The translations under genes and the position numbers were made by a program. Source: a virus. Taken from it: DNA of 64,000 bases. The stretch is taken from IMG/VR virus record IMGVR_UViG_3300030104_004631, positions 1 through 64,000 of that record; one strand, given 5' to 3'. The notes beneath the pieces were generated by a model. It had not been told where the DNA came from. It worked only from the letters and a program-made list of their open reading frames with translations, and ran no database searches. Positions 43,166 through 53,328 of this stretch are shown one piece after another (position 1 is the first letter of the stretch; each line of letters starts with the position of its first letter).

Positions 43166-43403
43166 AGATGATTTGCCAGAGTTGATTCCTGTTGAGGGAT
43201 CTGAGGGTTCTTATAGAGATGTATCTTCTACTGCTATAGTAAAAGATAATCAAGATGAATATGATAAATATATGGCATCTTACAATAAGAGGCAAAAAGA
43301 AGCAGCAGATAAGCGAGCTTTACAAAATGAGGTTTCTGAGTTAAAATCAGAGATGAGTGAAATAAAAACACTTTTACTAACGTTAGTCCAAGACAAAAAA
43401 TGA
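43152..43403 (+). CDS. Conserved cyanophage hypothetical protein with a C-terminal coiled coil
   Basis: GGAG at 43141 supports ATG 43152; PVEG....RD.SS.AI......Y..Y...EVSELKSEMSEIK.LL. Confidence 0.75.
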   Translation: MTSIKDDLPELIPVEGSEGSYRDVSSTAIVKDNQDEYDKYMASYNKRQKEAADKRALQNEVSELKSEMSEIKTLLLTLVQDKK

Positions 43404-43669
43404 CAGATGATGCAACAGCACCTGTAGAAAAGGTGTCCCAAGAAACAATGCTCCAACAGTTTAGAGAGCGTTTTAATGCGGCAATTGAGGAGAATAAGCA
43501 ATTGTCAGAAAAAATTAAAGCGAATGAAGTGATTGCACTAAAACTCCAAGGTGCTATTGAAGCGTTAGAGTATTATAATGAAAATCCTCCAACTGGAGTT
43601 CCTTCTCCAGATATTCCTGCTGATGATGTAGCAAGTGAATCCACAGAGATTGATAACCTCACAACATAA
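43400..43669 (+). CDS. Hypothetical coiled-coil protein (LKLQGAIEALE)
   Basis: ATGA overlap; followed by a terminator. Confidence 0.75.
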   Translation: MTDDATAPVEKVSQETMLQQFRERFNAAIEENKQLSEKIKANEVIALKLQGAIEALEYYNENPPTGVPSPDIPADDVASESTEIDNLTT

Positions 43670-43675
43670 AAAGAG

Positions 43676-43698
43676 AGGAGACACCAGTCTCCTTTTTT
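43676..43698 (+). terminator. Rho-independent terminator
   Basis: AGGAGAC-acca-GTCTCCT hairpin followed by a T run; an A-rich stretch upstream. Confidence 0.85.
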
Positions 43699-43703
43699 AA
43701 TGG

Positions 43704-43711
43704 CATAAATA
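43704..43711 (+). promoter_or_regulatory. Late promoter-like site (CATAAATA)
   Basis: Immediately after the terminator and 36 nt upstream of the fibre gene. Confidence 0.7.
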
Positions 43712-43747
43712 ACTTGGAAGCATGTTCTCATAGAGTTGTCGTAAAAA

Positions 43748-46700
43748 ATGGCAAATAGAATTCAATTAAGACGTGGTAATGGGCAAGAATGGCAAAACTC
43801 TAACCCTATCCTCGCCCAAGGCGAACTTGGTATCGAACTTGATACAGGTCGTTTTAAGATAGGTGATGGTGTTACATCATGGAATACCCTTAGGTATGAA
43901 CGACCGATTGAGTCGACCTCAAACACGGCAAATACGTTAGTTCAGAGAGATACTGATGGTAATTTTTCTGCTGCAACCATTACTGCCACAGTCATTGGTA
44001 ATGCTTCAACCGCATCTAGATTAGCAAGTTCTAGACAGATTCAAATAATTGGTGACGTTAGTGGTTCTCAAATTTTTGATGGATCCGAAAATATTTCTAT
44101 TACATCAACTTTAGATCTATTATCTAGTTTACCTCACCATGATAATACGGAAACTAGTAGTGGAACATATACAAAAGTTACTGTTGACGCTAAAGGTAGA
44201 GTTACTAATGCTTCAAACCCAACAACTCTTGCTGATTATAATTTAAATGGAACTGTAGAAGGTTCATCTGCACAAGCATATGATTTAGATTTAGTTGCTG
44301 TAGCAGGTCTTACTACTACAGGTTTTATTTCTAGAACTGCTACAAATACAATGGCAACCCGTACTATTACGGGAACTGCAGGTAAAATTAATGTAAACAA
44401 TGGTGGTGGTCTTGCTGGTAATCCCACTTTAGATCTTGCAACTACTACAGTAGTTGATGGTGATTACAACACTGAATCACTAACATCAGTATCTGGTGTT
44501 GGTAGTAATAGCGAACCTTTTGGAACTGAAACTGTAAACGCAGTTAAGTTTTCAGTTGATGATAGAGGTCGTTTAACATCTGCAACAAATGTACCTATCG
44601 CTACTGCTACACAAGGTACAACAGCACTTGCTTATAACGCAGGAACTACTTATGTTCGTGGTAATCAAATCACTAACGCATCGAAACTATATCAAGCAAT
44701 AGCAGGTATTGCTGCTGGTGCTGGTGCTCCAACTCATTCAGATACAAGTGATGCTGGATCGTGGAGACATCTTGGTGCTGCAACATCACCACAAAAAGGA
44801 CTTGCTTCATTTGATCAAGAAGATTTTGCTGTAACTGCAGCAGGTCATGTTACAATGGCTCTTGGTTCTATTGATAATGATCAATTACAGAACAGTAGAA
44901 TATCCTTTGCTGATGGAAATGCTGTAGAGCATTTTGATCTAGATCAAGAACTAACTGCGACTACGGGATATAGAGGTTTAAATAAATTAAATTATATAAA
45001 GGTTAATGACACTTCAGGTAATCTTCTGTTTGGTGCTAATAACACTGGCGATAGTAGTGCTGGTGAGATCGATGTCAATGTAAGATCATACTTTAGTGAT
45101 CCAGATATTACTTTGGATGGTGCTGTTGCACAAACTTTAGACAAGACTGGAGATGGTAATTTAACATTCCAGACTACACAGGACTCAACATCTGCTAGAA
45201 CATTAAGTATTTTAGCAACTAATGCTGGTACTGGTACTAGTGGTGTTGTTGTAACTGCAGAAAATGCTGTTACAATCACTGCATCAGATGCTGCTGGTAA
45301 AGTACAAGTAGAAGACACATATTTCCAAGGAGATTATATTGCTTCTTCTGCTGCTACTATGATCCTAGATCCTGGTGATGATAGGGCAGTAAGTGGTAAA
45401 GTTCAGATAATGGGGGATTTACAGGTAGATGGAACGACTACAACAATTAATTCAACAATCACTACGTTGGATGATCCTATTATCACTCTTGGTGGTGATA
45501 CTGCTCCAGGTTCAGATGACAACAAGGACAGAGGAGTTGAATTCAGATATTATGACGCTTCGGCAAAGGTTGGATTCTTTGGTTACGACGATTCAGCCGC
45601 AGATCTTGGAGGGCATACAGGAGCGTTTACATTCCTCTACGATGCCACAAATACCTCCGAAGTATTCGCTGGAACAGATGCAGGGATCATCGCTGGTAAT
45701 TTAAAACTTACAACCAATACTAACTCAACATCTAATACTACTGGAGACTTGGTAGTTGCTGGTGGTGTTGGAATTGGTGATGATGTTAATATTGGTGGAC
45801 TATTAGATGTAGACGGTACATTCCGTGCTAATAGTACATCTAGATTTGATGATAATATTGTATTCCAAGGTGCTTCTAAGACACTTGAATTGAAGAATGG
45901 TAGTGGTACAACTAAGACTACACTTCATACAACTACAGGTAATGCAGAATTTGGTGGTATTGTAACTACTACTGGTGCTATTGATGCTAATTCTACTTTG
46001 AACGTAGCAAACGAAGTTTATCTAGAAAGTACAAATGAACCTGATATTCTATCTGGTGCTCCTCACTCAATTCAGAATGCCGACTACGGTGCTTTCAGAT
46101 GTGATGGTGGTGGATACTTTGATAAGGCGGTATTGTTTAACGGTGACATCTTCCTGAATGGTGACTTTAACCAGCAAGAAGACGCAACTGAGAATTACGG
46201 TTTAAGGAACTATCTATCTGTACGATATAAAATGCGTGCAGGTTCTGTTGGTGTATATACTCCAAGTTATTCAAACCATAACACTTCTAACTTAAGAGTC
46301 TTTGGTGGTGCTGGTGTTAACACAACACTACACGTTGGTGCTACTGGAGTAGGACAAGGTTTATTTGTTGGTAAGAAAAACTCTGGAGACACAGTTAAGT
46401 TTAGTGTTGATGGTCCTTCTGGTAACGTTGATACTTCAGGTACTTTAGTTGTTGCAGGTCAGACAACTATTAATGATACACTCATTATCAATGCTGCTAA
46501 TGAAGAGTTTGCTATTCAAAATGGTTCTGGTACTGATAAGTTTACAGTTGATACGGATAATGGTAATACAGTAATTCAAGGTACCGTTAATATTGAAGGT
46601 GTTACCGATATTGATAATGACTTTGCAGTTAGATCAGGAACTACTGATAAGTTCTTCGTTGCTTCAGCATCAGGTAATACTAATATTGAAGGAACTTTAA

Positions 46701-49700
46701 CTGCTGATGGTCACACTGAATTAAACTCAACACTTAATGTTGATAATAATACAACTCTTGGTGGTACACTTGTAGTCACAAACAACTCTGAGTTCAATGG
46801 AACTGTAGATGTTGATGCAGACTTTGCAGTTAGATCTGGTACAACAGATAAAGCAACAATCGCATCTTCCTCAGGTAATATAGCAACTGACGGAACTCTA
46901 GTTGTTGCGGGTCAAACAACTATTAATGATTCTCTAATCGTTCAAAGTGATAATGAAGTAGTTAATATTAATAATGGTTCTGGTACAACTAAGTTTAGTA
47001 TCGATACTGATAACGGTAATACAAACATCATTGGTACTGTTACTATTGGTGATGCAACACAGATTAATGATACCTTAGGTGTTTCAGGTGTTACCACAAT
47101 TACTAGAAATACTCAACAAACTCTATCTGGTTCTTATGCTGCTGATGGTGCATTCCAACTAACTGGTGGTGCTGCTATTGGTAAGAACGTTGCTATTGGT
47201 GAAGGATTAAGAGTTTATGGTGGAACTGAATTAACTGGTGCTTTAGATCTTAATAGTAGTGCAGATATATCTGGTGCTTTGGTATGTAATGATAATGTGA
47301 ACATCAAAGCAGACAATAAGATGTTTACTATTGAAACTGCTGGTGGTGATGATAAATTTACAGTTGATACCGATAATGGTAATACTGATATTCGTGGAAC
47401 ATTAGATGTTGGTGGTGATGTAACTGCTGAATCTAACCTCACAATTACGGGGAATCTTACTGTCAATGGAACAACAACTACTGTCAATTCTACGGTTACA
47501 ACTCTCGATGACCCTATCATTACTGTGGGTGGTGACACAGCACCAGCGTCTAACGACGGTAAGGATCGTGGTGTTGAGTTCCGTTATTATGACGGCTCTG
47601 CGAAAATTGGGTTCTTCGGATATGACAGATCCTCCTCACAATTCGCATTCCTAACAAGTGCAACTAATACTGCAGAGGTTCTTGCTGGTACAGATGGTGC
47701 TCTTCGTGCTGGCAGTTTAAATCTTACTGCTGCTGGTACTGCACTTGATGTAGATAATGATGCCAACATCGATGGTGCTTTAACTGTTGATGGTCAAATT
47801 GTTTCTAATAAATCAAGTGGTGCTCCATTCTCTATCGCTTCAACTACTAAGGTTGCTAACCTGAACGTTGACTTGTTGGATGGTATGACAACTGCAAGTG
47901 CTAATACAGCATCTACAGTTGTTAATCGTGATGGATCTGGAGACTTTGCTGCTAATCAAATCACTGCTGCTAGTGCTGCTGGTGCTGGTGCTGGATTCTT
48001 AGGTAACGCAACCACTGCTGACGCATGGAAGACTGCTAGAACATTCACTATTGACGGTGTTGTATCTGGTTCTGTATCTGTAGATGGTAGTGCTGCTCCA
48101 ACAATTACAACAACATATGTTGATGCTGACATTACTGCTTTAGCAGCGATGAGTGGTACAGGATACGTTGTAAGAACTGCTGCAAATACTTACGCACAAA
48201 GAACACTTGCTGTAACAGCATCATCTGGTATTACACTTACTAACCCTGATGGTGTTTCTGGTAATACAACAATTAACGTTGCATCTTCAGATACAAACGC
48301 TGCAAACAACTTAGTATTACGTGACGGATCTGGTGACTTTGCTGCTAATGAGATTACTTCAGACTTAGTTGGTAATCTTACAGGTGCTACTTCTACTGCT
48401 AAGGATCTTAATCCTGCTGCAGATAGTACATACGATCTTGGTACATCTTCTGTTAGATGGCAAGGAATCTTTGCAGATGCTGCAAATATAACTGCTATTA
48501 CAGGAACCTTAACTGGTACAGTATCTAGTCTTGCTAACCATGACACTGCTGACCTTGCTGAAGGCACTAATCTTTATTATACAGATGAGCGTGTTGATGA
48601 TAGAGTTAATGCTCTTATAGTTGCTGGTACAGGTATTACTAAGGTTTATGACGATGCTGCAGGAACTTATACACTTACAGTCACACAGGCAGATGTTAAT
48701 ACAGATAACATAACAGAAGGTTCAACTAATCTCTTTACAACTGCTGCAAGAACTAGAACACACTTTACTTATGGAACTGGTATTACTCACTCTAGTGGCA
48801 CTCTTTCTGTTACTCAGTCTGATATCGATACTGATAACGTTACTGAAGGTTCTACTAACCTCTTTACTACTGCTGCTAGGACACGTACTCACTTCACCTA
48901 TGGTACAGGTATTACTCATAGTTCTGGTACTCTATCTGTTACTCAAGCGGATATAAACACTGATAATGTAACAGAGGGATCAACTAATCTCTTTACAACT
49001 GCTGCTAGAACTAGAACTCACTTTACATATGGTACTGGTATTACACACAGTTCTGGAACTCTATCTGTAACACAGGCAGATATTGACACTGACAATGTAA
49101 CTGAAGGATCAACAAATCTATTCACTACTGCTGCTAGAACTAGAGGTCACATCTCTGTTACTGGAGACCTAGCATACAACAGTGGCACAGGTGTTATCTC
49201 CTTTACTGAGAGGACTGATGCTGAGGTGAATACTCTTGCAGACGCAAGAGTTGCTGCTGCAACTGGTGCAAACCTTGATCTATCCAGTAAGTCTACAACT
49301 AACCTTTCTGAGGGAACTAATCAATATTATACAGAAGCAAGAGTACAAGCAAAACTTGATAATGCATTTGAGCAATTGAGTGCTATGCTTAATAACCTTG
49401 CAACTTCAACTACACTTACACTAGCACTTAGTGGAGACCCAACACCAGGTGCAGTTGTCACAACAGGAGTTAGTGTTGGTGGTGGCGGTGGATTTACTGC
49501 TGGAACTGGTGTAGCAACCAGTGGTGGTACAGGTTCTTCCTTGACAGTTGATACTACTGTTGTTGGTGGTGCTATTACTGCTGCTACAGTAAACGCAGGT
49601 GGTTCTGGATATCTAATTTCAGATACTGTCACAGTAACCAACCCCAATGCAGGTAAGGTTCTTACATTAAACTTAGCAACATTATCTGGTGGAACAGGTT

Positions 49701-50365
49701 ACTCATCTGCAACTGGAGTCGCAGTTACTGGAGGATCTGGTTCTTCTATGACTGCTGACATTACAGCATCTGCAGGTGCTATCACTAACGTAACAGTAAA
49801 TGCTGGTGGAACTGGTTTCGCTGCAGGTGAGACCATAACTATTACCAATGCTAACGCATCTGGTATTAAGACTACAGGAAACGTTAGTGCTGCTGATGCA
49901 TCAAGGACTGCTGGTACATATACAATCGGTGCTTCTGATTATGGTACAGGTGGATCTGGTAATTCTGCAACATTTAGTATTGTAGTTGATGGTAGCGGTG
50001 CTGCAACAATCACTGTTACTGATGACGGTACAGGATTTGTTGTTGATGAAACAATCACAGTTGCTGATGCACAACTTGGTGGTGGTGGCGGTGCTGCTCT
50101 CACCTTTGATGCTACAGCAATTCATGGTAATGGAGCAACAGTTAATATCGCTACTGTTGCAACAAACGCAACATTAACTCTTACTGACATCACAACGATG
50201 GAAGTTGGAGCAACTGTTACAGGTGCTACTTCTGGCACCACAGGTGTTGTTACTGCTCTCGGCACTAACGCAATCACCGTTGATAATGTAGATGGATTCT
50301 TTAAGAAAGGAGAAGTCGTCAGTGCAAATGATGTTACTACATTAACTATATCTTCATTCTCTTGA
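43748..50365 (+). CDS. Tail/collar fibre protein (2205 aa) with an Mtd_N/hyaluronidase-like N-terminus
   Basis: RIQLRRG...W...NP.LA.GE.GIE.DTG.FKIGDG...W..L.Y N-terminus; VTVDAKGRVT, LV.RDG.G.F.A and T..L.EG.NLY fibre repeats. Confidence 0.85.
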   Translation: MANRIQLRRGNGQEWQNSNPILAQGELGIELDTGRFKIGDGVTSWNTLRYERPIESTSNTANTLVQRDTDGNFSAATITATVIGNASTASRLASSRQIQIIGDVSGSQIFDGSENISITSTLDLLSSLPHHDNTETSSGTYTKVTVDAKGRVTNASNPTTLADYNLNGTVEGSSAQAYDLDLVAVAGLTTTGFISRTATNTMATRTITGTAGKINVNNGGGLAGNPTLDLATTTVVDGDYNTESLTSVSGVGSNSEPFGTETVNAVKFSVDDRGRLTSATNVPIATATQGTTALAYNAGTTYVRGNQITNASKLYQAIAGIAAGAGAPTHSDTSDAGSWRHLGAATSPQKGLASFDQEDFAVTAAGHVTMALGSIDNDQLQNSRISFADGNAVEHFDLDQELTATTGYRGLNKLNYIKVNDTSGNLLFGANNTGDSSAGEIDVNVRSYFSDPDITLDGAVAQTLDKTGDGNLTFQTTQDSTSARTLSILATNAGTGTSGVVVTAENAVTITASDAAGKVQVEDTYFQGDYIASSAATMILDPGDDRAVSGKVQIMGDLQVDGTTTTINSTITTLDDPIITLGGDTAPGSDDNKDRGVEFRYYDASAKVGFFGYDDSAADLGGHTGAFTFLYDATNTSEVFAGTDAGIIAGNLKLTTNTNSTSNTTGDLVVAGGVGIGDDVNIGGLLDVDGTFRANSTSRFDDNIVFQGASKTLELKNGSGTTKTTLHTTTGNAEFGGIVTTTGAIDANSTLNVANEVYLESTNEPDILSGAPHSIQNADYGAFRCDGGGYFDKAVLFNGDIFLNGDFNQQEDATENYGLRNYLSVRYKMRAGSVGVYTPSYSNHNTSNLRVFGGAGVNTTLHVGATGVGQGLFVGKKNSGDTVKFSVDGPSGNVDTSGTLVVAGQTTINDTLIINAANEEFAIQNGSGTDKFTVDTDNGNTVIQGTVNIEGVTDIDNDFAVRSGTTDKFFVASASGNTNIEGTLTADGHTELNSTLNVDNNTTLGGTLVVTNNSEFNGTVDVDADFAVRSGTTDKATIASSSGNIATDGTLVVAGQTTINDSLIVQSDNEVVNINNGSGTTKFSIDTDNGNTNIIGTVTIGDATQINDTLGVSGVTTITRNTQQTLSGSYAADGAFQLTGGAAIGKNVAIGEGLRVYGGTELTGALDLNSSADISGALVCNDNVNIKADNKMFTIETAGGDDKFTVDTDNGNTDIRGTLDVGGDVTAESNLTITGNLTVNGTTTTVNSTVTTLDDPIITVGGDTAPASNDGKDRGVEFRYYDGSAKIGFFGYDRSSSQFAFLTSATNTAEVLAGTDGALRAGSLNLTAAGTALDVDNDANIDGALTVDGQIVSNKSSGAPFSIASTTKVANLNVDLLDGMTTASANTASTVVNRDGSGDFAANQITAASAAGAGAGFLGNATTADAWKTARTFTIDGVVSGSVSVDGSAAPTITTTYVDADITALAAMSGTGYVVRTAANTYAQRTLAVTASSGITLTNPDGVSGNTTINVASSDTNAANNLVLRDGSGDFAANEITSDLVGNLTGATSTAKDLNPAADSTYDLGTSSVRWQGIFADAANITAITGTLTGTVSSLANHDTADLAEGTNLYYTDERVDDRVNALIVAGTGITKVYDDAAGTYTLTVTQADVNTDNITEGSTNLFTTAARTRTHFTYGTGITHSSGTLSVTQSDIDTDNVTEGSTNLFTTAARTRTHFTYGTGITHSSGTLSVTQADINTDNVTEGSTNLFTTAARTRTHFTYGTGITHSSGTLSVTQADIDTDNVTEGSTNLFTTAARTRGHISVTGDLAYNSGTGVISFTERTDAEVNTLADARVAAATGANLDLSSKSTTNLSEGTNQYYTEARVQAKLDNAFEQLSAMLNNLATSTTLTLALSGDPTPGAVVTTGVSVGGGGGFTAGTGVATSGGTGSSLTVDTTVVGGAITAATVNAGGSGYLISDTVTVTNPNAGKVLTLNLATLSGGTGYSSATGVAVTGGSGSSMTADITASAGAITNVTVNAGGTGFAAGETITITNANASGIKTTGNVSAADASRTAGTYTIGASDYGTGGSGNSATFSIVVDGSGAATITVTDDGTGFVVDETITVADAQLGGGGGAALTFDATAIHGNGATVNIATVATNATLTLTDITTMEVGATVTGATSGTTGVVTALGTNAITVDNVDGFFKKGEVVSANDVTTLTISSFS
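48680..49150 (+). repeat. Tandem 129-nt (43-aa) coding repeat, ~3.6 copies
   Basis: Units start at 48680, 48809, 48938 and 49067; VTQ.D..TDN.TEGSTNLFTTAARTRTHFTYGTGITHSSGTLS. Confidence 0.95.
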
Positions 50366-50371
50366 TAACCC

Positions 50372-51178
50372 ATGTCAGCAACTAGACCCGCAACTAAAAC
50401 CGAACTAAGAGATTATGCTCTTCGTCGTTTGGGATATCCAACGATTGACATCAACGTTGCTACAACGCAACTCGATGATCTAATTGAAGAAGCAATTGAC
50501 TACTACCAAGAGTATCATTATAATGGTAGTTACAAAACTTTTATTAAAATAGAAGTTACTGATGCTATTAAGACCGCTGCACAAGCATCTGCTCAAATTG
50601 GTTCTACTGCTTGGTATGAAGGAACTGAGTATGTTGATCTACCTCCTGGTGTATTGAGTGTTAATAAGGTTTATAGTCAAATTGGTGCTTCTAGTATTGT
50701 TCCTGGAAATATTTTTAATATTAAATATCAAATTTTCTTGAATGATATTTACTCAATGACTCATGGTCAAATCCTTCATTATTATATGACTTCTCAATAT
50801 CTTGAGACTTTGGATTGGATTACCAATAGTAGTAATAGTCGTAGGACTAGATTCAATGAACTGCAAGGAAGATTGTATCTTGATTTTGATTGGGAAGAAC
50901 TACAAGCTGGTGATTTTATTTTAGTTGAAACAATGATGCGTCAAGATCCTGAAACTTACACTGCGATGTATAATGACAACTGGTTGAAAGATTATGTTGA
51001 GTCATTATTCCAACAACAGTGGGGTCGTAATTTAAGTAAGTATGATGGTATTCAAATGTTAGGTGGTGTTACACTTAATGGTCGTCAAATACTTGAGGAT
51101 GCGAGTACCTTTAAGAAAGATCTTGAAACTACTCTTCGTGAGACATATGAACTTCCACCTTTGGATTTGGTAGGTTAA
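50372..51178 (+). CDS. gp13: Neck protein gp13
   Basis: L.DYALRRLG.P.IDINV...Q..D.I.EA..YY.EYHY.G; ND.WLKDY....F.QQWG.NLSKY.GIQ.LGGVTLNG. Confidence 0.95.
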   Translation: MSATRPATKTELRDYALRRLGYPTIDINVATTQLDDLIEEAIDYYQEYHYNGSYKTFIKIEVTDAIKTAAQASAQIGSTAWYEGTEYVDLPPGVLSVNKVYSQIGASSIVPGNIFNIKYQIFLNDIYSMTHGQILHYYMTSQYLETLDWITNSSNSRRTRFNELQGRLYLDFDWEELQAGDFILVETMMRQDPETYTAMYNDNWLKDYVESLFQQQWGRNLSKYDGIQMLGGVTLNGRQILEDASTFKKDLETTLRETYELPPLDLVG

Positions 51179-51179
51179 T

Positions 51180-52106
51180 ATGGCATTTTCCAATTCTCCA
51201 GCGTCAGATTTTGTTTTTAGAGATCATACAAATCTTCTAAAAGCAAATGGTTCTGCTCAAGAACAAACTTTTATAGAAAATTTAATTGTAGAGAGTATTG
51301 AAATCTACGGTCAAGATATCTACTACATGCCTAGAACCTATGTCAACAGAGACACTATTTTAGGTGAAGTTGAAAATAGTAGATTTACACAAGCATTACA
51401 AGTTAGAGCGTATGTTAATAACGTAGAGGGATGGGAAGGACAAGGAGAATTGTTAAGTAAGTTTGGTGTTCGTATTGAAGACAAAACAACTTTTGTTTTT
51501 TCTAGAGAAAAGTTTACATCTGCTGTAGATGATAATGCAGTATTGAATGTTGAGGGTCGTCCTAATGAAGGAGATTTAATTTGGTTTCCTGCTACTAAAC
51601 ATTTATTTGAGATTCAGTTTGTTGAGGCAGAAAGACCATTCTACCAGTTAGGAAAAGGTTTTGTTTGGGAATGTCAGTGTGAACTCTTCCAGTATGCAGA
51701 CGAGGCACTCGATACTGGAGTTGCAGAGATTGATGGTATTGAAGCAGCATTTGCTAATGCTATTACAGTCAACTTTGCTGCTGGTGGTTCTGGTACGTTT
51801 ACAGTTGGTGAGGTAGTTGCTGGTGGTACATCTAATGTAACTGCTGAAGTTAAAGCATGGAATGCTACTGACAGACAACTACAAGTGTACAATAGGTCTG
51901 GTATCTTTACTATTCCAGAAACTGTAACTGGACAAACTTCTGGTGCTGCTTGGACATCTGCATCCTATAATACACTAAATAACGTTAATACCGCTGACAG
52001 CATTGATACCAACTTTGGTTTTGAGACTGCTGATGACGATATCATAGATTTTACAGAAGGTAATCCCTTCGGTTCAATTGGTTCCACTACTGACACTACA
52101 ATCTGA
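51180..52106 (+). CDS. gp14: Neck protein gp14
   Basis: EQ..IENL..ESI.IYG.D.YY.PR, LSKFG, RPNEGDLI.FP....LFEI.FVE...PFYQLGK, DF.EGNPFG. Confidence 0.95.
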   Translation: MAFSNSPASDFVFRDHTNLLKANGSAQEQTFIENLIVESIEIYGQDIYYMPRTYVNRDTILGEVENSRFTQALQVRAYVNNVEGWEGQGELLSKFGVRIEDKTTFVFSREKFTSAVDDNAVLNVEGRPNEGDLIWFPATKHLFEIQFVEAERPFYQLGKGFVWECQCELFQYADEALDTGVAEIDGIEAAFANAITVNFAAGGSGTFTVGEVVAGGTSNVTAEVKAWNATDRQLQVYNRSGIFTIPETVTGQTSGAAWTSASYNTLNNVNTADSIDTNFGFETADDDIIDFTEGNPFGSIGSTTDTTI

Positions 52107-52894
52107 TGTTAGGTACATATTCATATCACGAAATTTTTAGACGAACTGTTGTAGCGTTTGGTACGTTGTTTAACAACATTGAACTTCGTCGTTCAACCGA
52201 GGTACAGAAAGTTCCTTTGGCTTATGGTCCAAAGCAAAAATTCTTAGCACGATTAGATCAAGTTCCTGATCCTACTAACAAAAGAGTTCAAATTACATTA
52301 CCTAGAATCTCTTTCGAGATTAATGGTATTCAATATGATTCTTCAAGAAAGGTATCACCCACTCAAAAAATTAAATTTCCTAAAGATGGTGACGAGAATA
52401 AGACAGCATATATGCCTGTTCCTTATAATCTCTCATTTGAATTAGCAATCATTTCTAAGAATCAGGAAGATGGTCTTCAGATTCTTGAACAAATTCTTCC
52501 ATTTTTTCAACCACATTTTAATCTGGCAGTTAAGTTAGTTCCTGATGTAAATGAAACAAAGGATGTTCCTGTTGTTTTAAACAGTGTTGACTATGAAGAT
52601 GATTATGAAAACAACTTTCAGACTCGTAGAGCAATCATTTACACTTTACAATTTACTGTAAAAACTTATCTATACGGTCCTGTTACTGATACCAAGACTA
52701 TCAAAAAAGTTATTACAGATTACTATACCGATACAAATACAACTTCTGCACCAAGAGAAGTTCGGTATACAATTCAACCAAATCCTATTACAGCAGATGC
52801 TGATGATGATTTTGGATTCGGTATTGTTGACGAAGACTTTACCGATATGAAGAAACGTAATCCTACAAGTGGATCTGACGAGACAATAACATGA
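52106..52894 (+). CDS. gp15: Tail sheath stabiliser / tail completion protein gp15
   Basis: YHEI.RR.VVAFGTLFN, VPL.YGPKQKFL.RL, LPRISFE, PVPYN, QILEQILPFFQP. Confidence 0.95.
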   Translation: MLGTYSYHEIFRRTVVAFGTLFNNIELRRSTEVQKVPLAYGPKQKFLARLDQVPDPTNKRVQITLPRISFEINGIQYDSSRKVSPTQKIKFPKDGDENKTAYMPVPYNLSFELAIISKNQEDGLQILEQILPFFQPHFNLAVKLVPDVNETKDVPVVLNSVDYEDDYENNFQTRRAIIYTLQFTVKTYLYGPVTDTKTIKKVITDYYTDTNTTSAPREVRYTIQPNPITADADDDFGFGIVDEDFTDMKKRNPTSGSDETIT

Positions 52895-53322
52895 CGAATC
52901 CTTTTGATGGTCTCGATACTGCCTTTGGAGCAGAACCTTCTGAACTTCAGAAGCATGTTGAGAAGGTGAAACCCCAATTAAAAAAATCTGAAGAAGGTGA
53001 TGTCAAGCAAGATTATGAGACTTCTCGTGCTGCATTACATATGTTAGTGATGAAAGGACAGGAGGCAGTAGATGGAATTCTTGACGTTGCGAGAGCAAGC
53101 GATCATCCTAGAGCTTATGAGGTTGCTGCGACAACGATTAAAAGTGTAGCAGATACTGCTGACAAACTCATTGACTTACAAAAGAAAATGAAGGAGTTAG
53201 ATGCTGAAGATAAAAAATCAGGACCATCGACTGTTAATAACACAATGTTCGTTGGTAGCACTGCTGATCTCCAAAAAATGTTAAAGAAACAAAAGGAGAT
53301 AAATAATACTGACACGAAATAA
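52891..53322 (+). CDS. gp16: Terminase small subunit gp16
   Basis: DYE.SR..L..L..KGQEA..GIL.VA..SDHPRAYEV, VNN.MFVGSTADLQKML. Confidence 0.95.
   Translation: MTNPFDGLDTAFGAEPSELQKHVEKVKPQLKKSEEGDVKQDYETSRAALHMLVMKGQEAVDGILDVARASDHPRAYEVAATTIKSVADTADKLIDLQKKMKELDAEDKKSGPSTVNNTMFVGSTADLQKMLKKQKEINNTDTK
53298..53305 (+). promoter_or_regulatory. Late promoter-like site (GATAAATA)
   Basis: Inside the gp16 3' end, 23 nt upstream of ATG 53329. Confidence 0.55.
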
Positions 53323-53328
53323 CAAGAC

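Noticed and set aside
48680-49150. CRISPR-like array
   Set aside because: Repeats are in-frame 129-nt coding units with no unique spacers, and there are no cas genes
43748-50365. Diversity-generating retroelement suggested by the Mtd_N-like N-terminus of the fibre
   Set aside because: No reverse transcriptase in the window and no TR/VR pair differing at adenines; the repeats differ at synonymous sites instead
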